Assembly (NCBI GenBank): GCA_028864905.1
Contig: JAGWLP010000003.1
Coordinates: 1-52,045, forward strand
DNA from: Gammaproteobacteria bacterium
GTDB taxonomy: Bacteria; Pseudomonadota; Gammaproteobacteria; Natronospirales; REEB76
Direction: 5' to 3'
Length of the DNA: 52,045 bases
Shown here: positions 48,727-52,045 of the stretch, piece by piece
How positions within the stretch are numbered: position 1 is the stretch's first letter
How the letters are laid out: each line of letters starts with the position of its first letter
Translations under genes and position numbers: made by a program
Notes under the pieces: generated by a model
What the model saw: the letters and a program-made list of their open reading frames with translations, nothing else
Database searches by the model: none
What the model was told of the DNA's origin: nothing

Positions 48727-50883
48727 ATGCACGTGAGCGCACTGCTTGAGCCCCTGAATCCCGCACAACGCGAGGCGGTGACCGCGGAGAGCGGCGCGCT
48801 GCTGGTGCTGGCGGGTGCCGGCAGCGGCAAGACCCGGGTGCTGGTGCATCGCATCGCGTGGCTGATCCAGATGCGACAGGTATCGCCGTTCGGCATCCTG
48901 GCGGTGACTTTCACCAACAAAGCCGCGGGCGAGATGCGTACGCGCATCGAACACATGCTGGCGCAGCCCGTGCGCGCCATGTGGGTGGGGACGTTTCACG
49001 GACTGGCCCACCGGCTGCTGCGCCAGCACTGGCGTGAAGCCGGGCTGCCGCAGAATTTCCAGATCCTGGACGCCGAGGACCAATACCGCCTGTTGCGGCG
49101 TGTGCTCAAGAGCCTGGATCTGGAAGAAGCCCGCTGTCCGCCGCGGCAACTGCAGTGGTTCATCAATGCGCGCAAGGATCAGGGCCTGCGTGCCAAACAT
49201 CTGCAGGCCTCCGCCGATCCGGTTGAGCGCCAGTTGCAGCGCGCCTATGCGGCCTATGAAAGTGCCTGCGAGCGCGGCGGGCTGGTGGATTTTGCGGAAC
49301 TGCTGTTGCGCGCGCTGGAGCTGTGGCGCAATGACGGCGCGCTGCTCGCGCATTACCAGCGGCGTTTTGCCCACATTCTGGTGGACGAATTCCAGGACAC
49401 CAATGCCATTCAGTATGCGTGGATCAAGCTGCTGGCCGGCACGCAGGCTGCACCGTTCGTGGTGGGTGACGACGACCAGTCCATCTACGCCTGGCGCGGT
49501 GCACGCATCGAAAACATTCTGAGATTCGAGCGCGATTTCCCCGGCGCCCGCGTAGTGCGTCTGGAGCAGAACTACCGATCCACCGGCATCATTCTGAAAG
49601 CCGCCAACGCGCTCATCGCCCACAACCAGACGCGCCTCGGCAAGAATCTCTGGACCAGCGGCAACGACGGCGTTCCGATCCGGCTGTACGCCGCGTACAA
49701 CGAGCAGGACGAGGCGCAGTTCGTGATCGACCGGATACAGCACTGGCAGGCGCAGGGCGGCGCGCGCCGCGAGATCGCGGTGCTGTATCGCTCCAACGCC
49801 CAGTCGCGCGTGTTCGAGGAGCGCTTGCTGGCCGAGCGCATTCCCTATCGGGTGTACGGCGGGTTGCGGTTCTTCGAGCGCCAGGAGATCAAGGACGCAC
49901 TCGCCTATCTGCGGCTCCTCGAGAATCGCGCGGATGACGCCGCGTTCGAGCGCATCATCAATCTGCCGGTACGCGGCATCGGCGCGCGCAGCGTGGACAG
50001 TCTGCGGGAAACCGCGCGGCGTGAGCAGCTGTCATTGTGGGCGGCGCTGCAGTCCGTGGTGCGCAAACAGGATGCGGCGCCGCGGGTGCTGACGGCGTTG
50101 CAGGCGTTCACCCGGCTCATAGACAACATGGATGTTGCGGTGCGTGGGCTGGAACTTCATGAACAAGTGGATCATGTGATCCACACCAGCAAACTCGTGG
50201 AACACTACCAGGCCGAAAAAGGCGAACGCGGCGATGCGCGTGTCGAAAACCTGCAGGAACTGGTGAGCGCGGCGCGCAGTTTCCGACCCGAGGTCCTGGA
50301 CGAGGGCATGACGCCGCTGGCCGCGTTTCTGGCGCACGCGGCGCTCGAAGCCGGTGAAGGCCAGGCGGATGCCTGGGAGGACTGCGTGCAGTTGATGACG
50401 CTGCATTCCGCCAAGGGTCTGGAGTTTCCGCTGGTGTGCATCTGCGGCATGGAAGACGGCCTGTTTCCCCATCAGCGTTCCAGCGAGGATCACGACGGTC
50501 TCGAGGAAGAACGCCGCCTGTGCTATGTGGGCATGACGCGCGCCATGCGCGAGTTGATCCTGAGCTACGCGGAAAGCCGCCGCTTGCACGGCACCGACAG
50601 TTACGCCGTGCCCTCACGCTTTCTGCGCGAGATTCCCGCGGAACTGATCGCGGAAGTCCGCCCGCGCGTACAGGTGACACGGCCGTTGACGCCGTCCAGC
50701 ACGCATCTGGACAGTGCGCCCACCGGTCTGCAGCTCGGCCAGCACGTGCAGCACCCCAATTTCGGCGAAGGCGTGGTGCTGGATTACGAGGGCAGCGGCC
50801 CGCAGGCGCGCGTGCAGGTCAATTTTCGTGCCGCCGGTGCCAAATGGCTGGTCGTGGCGTATGCCAACCTGCGGCCGGTGTGA
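48727..50883 (+). CDS. uvrD: DNA helicase II
   Basis: AGAGSGKT, VDEFQD, VGDDDQSIY, QNYRS, TLHSAKGLEF, EERRLCYVGMTRA and a C-terminal Tudor-like domain. Confidence 0.97.
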   Translation: MHVSALLEPLNPAQREAVTAESGALLVLAGAGSGKTRVLVHRIAWLIQMRQVSPFGILAVTFTNKAAGEMRTRIEHMLAQPVRAMWVGTFHGLAHRLLRQHWREAGLPQNFQILDAEDQYRLLRRVLKSLDLEEARCPPRQLQWFINARKDQGLRAKHLQASADPVERQLQRAYAAYESACERGGLVDFAELLLRALELWRNDGALLAHYQRRFAHILVDEFQDTNAIQYAWIKLLAGTQAAPFVVGDDDQSIYAWRGARIENILRFERDFPGARVVRLEQNYRSTGIILKAANALIAHNQTRLGKNLWTSGNDGVPIRLYAAYNEQDEAQFVIDRIQHWQAQGGARREIAVLYRSNAQSRVFEERLLAERIPYRVYGGLRFFERQEIKDALAYLRLLENRADDAAFERIINLPVRGIGARSVDSLRETARREQLSLWAALQSVVRKQDAAPRVLTALQAFTRLIDNMDVAVRGLELHEQVDHVIHTSKLVEHYQAEKGERGDARVENLQELVSAARSFRPEVLDEGMTPLAAFLAHAALEAGEGQADAWEDCVQLMTLHSAKGLEFPLVCICGMEDGLFPHQRSSEDHDGLEEERRLCYVGMTRAMRELILSYAESRRLHGTDSYAVPSRFLREIPAELIAEVRPRVQVTRPLTPSSTHLDSAPTGLQLGQHVQHPNFGEGVVLDYEGSGPQARVQVNFRAAGAKWLVVAYANLRPV

Positions 50884-50884
50884 C

Positions 50885-51463
50885 ATGCGACGTGGAGCAC
50901 GCGCGGCGGTTGGCTGTTTGCTGGGACTGCTGATATGTGCGGGCGCCGCTCCGCGCGCCCGTGCCGATGCCGGTGAACTGGATCTCGTGGTGCTGGGCAG
51001 CGGTGGTTTCTCGGGCAACAACAATCCGGGCAACAACGGTTATTACACCACCGGTCTCAGCAGCTATGCGTTCACCGGCAATCTTGGTTACTGGTTCGAC
51101 GACAGCTGGGAGGCCGGCGTGGGCGCCGGGTCGGGACGTGCCCAATATCAAAGTTGCAACAGCCAAAACCTGTGTGCCAATGGCACGCAGGCAACGGTCC
51201 AGTTCACGGTGTTTGGTCGTTACAATTTCACTTCGGATTACGGCGCACAATACTCATTTACCGGTTTGCAGGTGGAACAGATAAACGCGGGTAGCGCGCT
51301 CGGCAGCGTGACTGTGCTGCACCCGGTCGCCGGCTACCGGTTTCCCCTCACCGAGAATTGGTCGCTGGAACTCAGCGTCGGCGCCGGCATACCGGTCGCT
51401 GGCGACACCGCGCGCTTTCCAATTACCTATGATGTACAAATGGGCCTGGTGATACCGCTGTGA
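50885..51463 (+). CDS. Putative small outer-membrane beta-barrel protein
   Basis: Signal peptide (ARA/D), alternating beta-strands (LGYWF, FGRYNF, AGYRF) and a terminal strand QMGLVIPL. Confidence 0.6.
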   Translation: MRRGARAAVGCLLGLLICAGAAPRARADAGELDLVVLGSGGFSGNNNPGNNGYYTTGLSSYAFTGNLGYWFDDSWEAGVGAGSGRAQYQSCNSQNLCANGTQATVQFTVFGRYNFTSDYGAQYSFTGLQVEQINAGSALGSVTVLHPVAGYRFPLTENWSLELSVGAGIPVAGDTARFPITYDVQMGLVIPL

Positions 51464-51542
51464 AACCGCAAGGCTCGAAGATGTCCACGAACACTTTCCG
51501 CGCACGCCCGGCATCGGGTCTGCACGCACCCAGGGGGATGTC

Positions 51543-52045
51543 ATGAGCGCCCACGAACAGCCTGCTGCCAAGCCGGGCGACGACCGGCTCAGCCGCGAAG
51601 CCTGGAAGCTTTTCCGCATGATGGCGGAATTTGTCGAGGGCTACGAACGTCTGGTGGCCATCCGCCCGGCGGTGAGCATTTTTGGTTCGTCGCGTACCGC
51701 CCCCGGGCATCCGTACTACGTACTGGCGGAGCAAATTGGCCGGGCGCTGTCCGATGCCGGATTCTCGGTGGTGACCGGCGGCGGCCCGGGCATCATGGAA
51801 GCCGCGAGCAAGGGCGCGTATGCCGGCAAATCCACCAGCGTCGGGCTCAATATCCAGTTGCCGCACGAACAGGCGAGCAATGCTTACCAGGATATCTCCC
51901 TGAGCTTCCGGCATTTCTTCGTGCGCAAGGTGATGTTCGTGAAATACGCCTCGGCCTACGTGGTGCTGCCGGGCGGGTTTGGCACGCTGGATGAACTCGG
52001 CGAGACTCTCACCTTGACGCAGACCGGCAAAACGCCGCGCGTTCC
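51543..52045 (+). CDS. LOG family (TIGR00730) Rossmann-fold protein, 3' end beyond window
   Basis: Not in the ORF track. Manual translation gives VSIFGSSR, TGGGPGIMEAA, FFVRKVMF and PGGFGTLDE. Confidence 0.92.
   Translation, partial: MSAHEQPAAKPGDDRLSREAWKLFRMMAEFVEGYERLVAIRPAVSIFGSSRTAPGHPYYVLAEQIGRALSDAGFSVVTGGGPGIMEAASKGAYAGKSTSVGLNIQLPHEQASNAYQDISLSFRHFFVRKVMFVKYASAYVVLPGGFGTLDELGETLTLTQTGKTPRV

Overview
Chromosomal replication-origin region of a high-GC Gammaproteobacterium; the genus cannot be assigned from the sequence alone. Core content: mnmG, mnmE, yidC-yidD-rnpA-rpmH divergent from dnaA-(oriC)-dnaN-recF-gyrB, with parS sites in recF; plsC-gmhB-glyS-glyQ; glnA-DUF4124-glnL-glnG, with a sigma54 promoter and NtrC boxes; trmL; gpsA-secB-grxC-rhodanese; envC-ctpA-yibQ-uvrD; an OMP-like gene and a partial LOG gene. 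Accessory content: a TAP-like hydrolase plus NatAB-like ABC module and a hydrolase-OsmC fusion inside the mnm/yid block, and a block of about 11 kb between glnG and trmL. That block encodes an archaic (Csu/spore-coat-U) chaperone-usher pilus, a NarL-type regulator, a multi-PAS HisKA_3 kinase and a family-1 PyrD; a second related kinase lies just beyond trmL. Two signals stand out. (1) A non-coding array of hairpins downstream of glnA has C-rich, anti-Shine-Dalgarno-like loops, its own terminator, and a candidate promoter overlapped by a 27-bp palindrome; it is a candidate new sRNA. (2) The pilus locus is atypical: the usher has an apparent inner-membrane anchor plus a 95-aa Pro/Ala/Thr linker, two single-domain pilins lack donor strands where a two-domain adhesin is expected, a mini-pilin gene lies on the opposite strand, and related triple boxes plus a sigma54 promoter sit upstream. 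No tRNA, rRNA, CRISPR array, integrase or IS was recognised. All calls come from reading the sequence by eye; no searches or folding programs were run.
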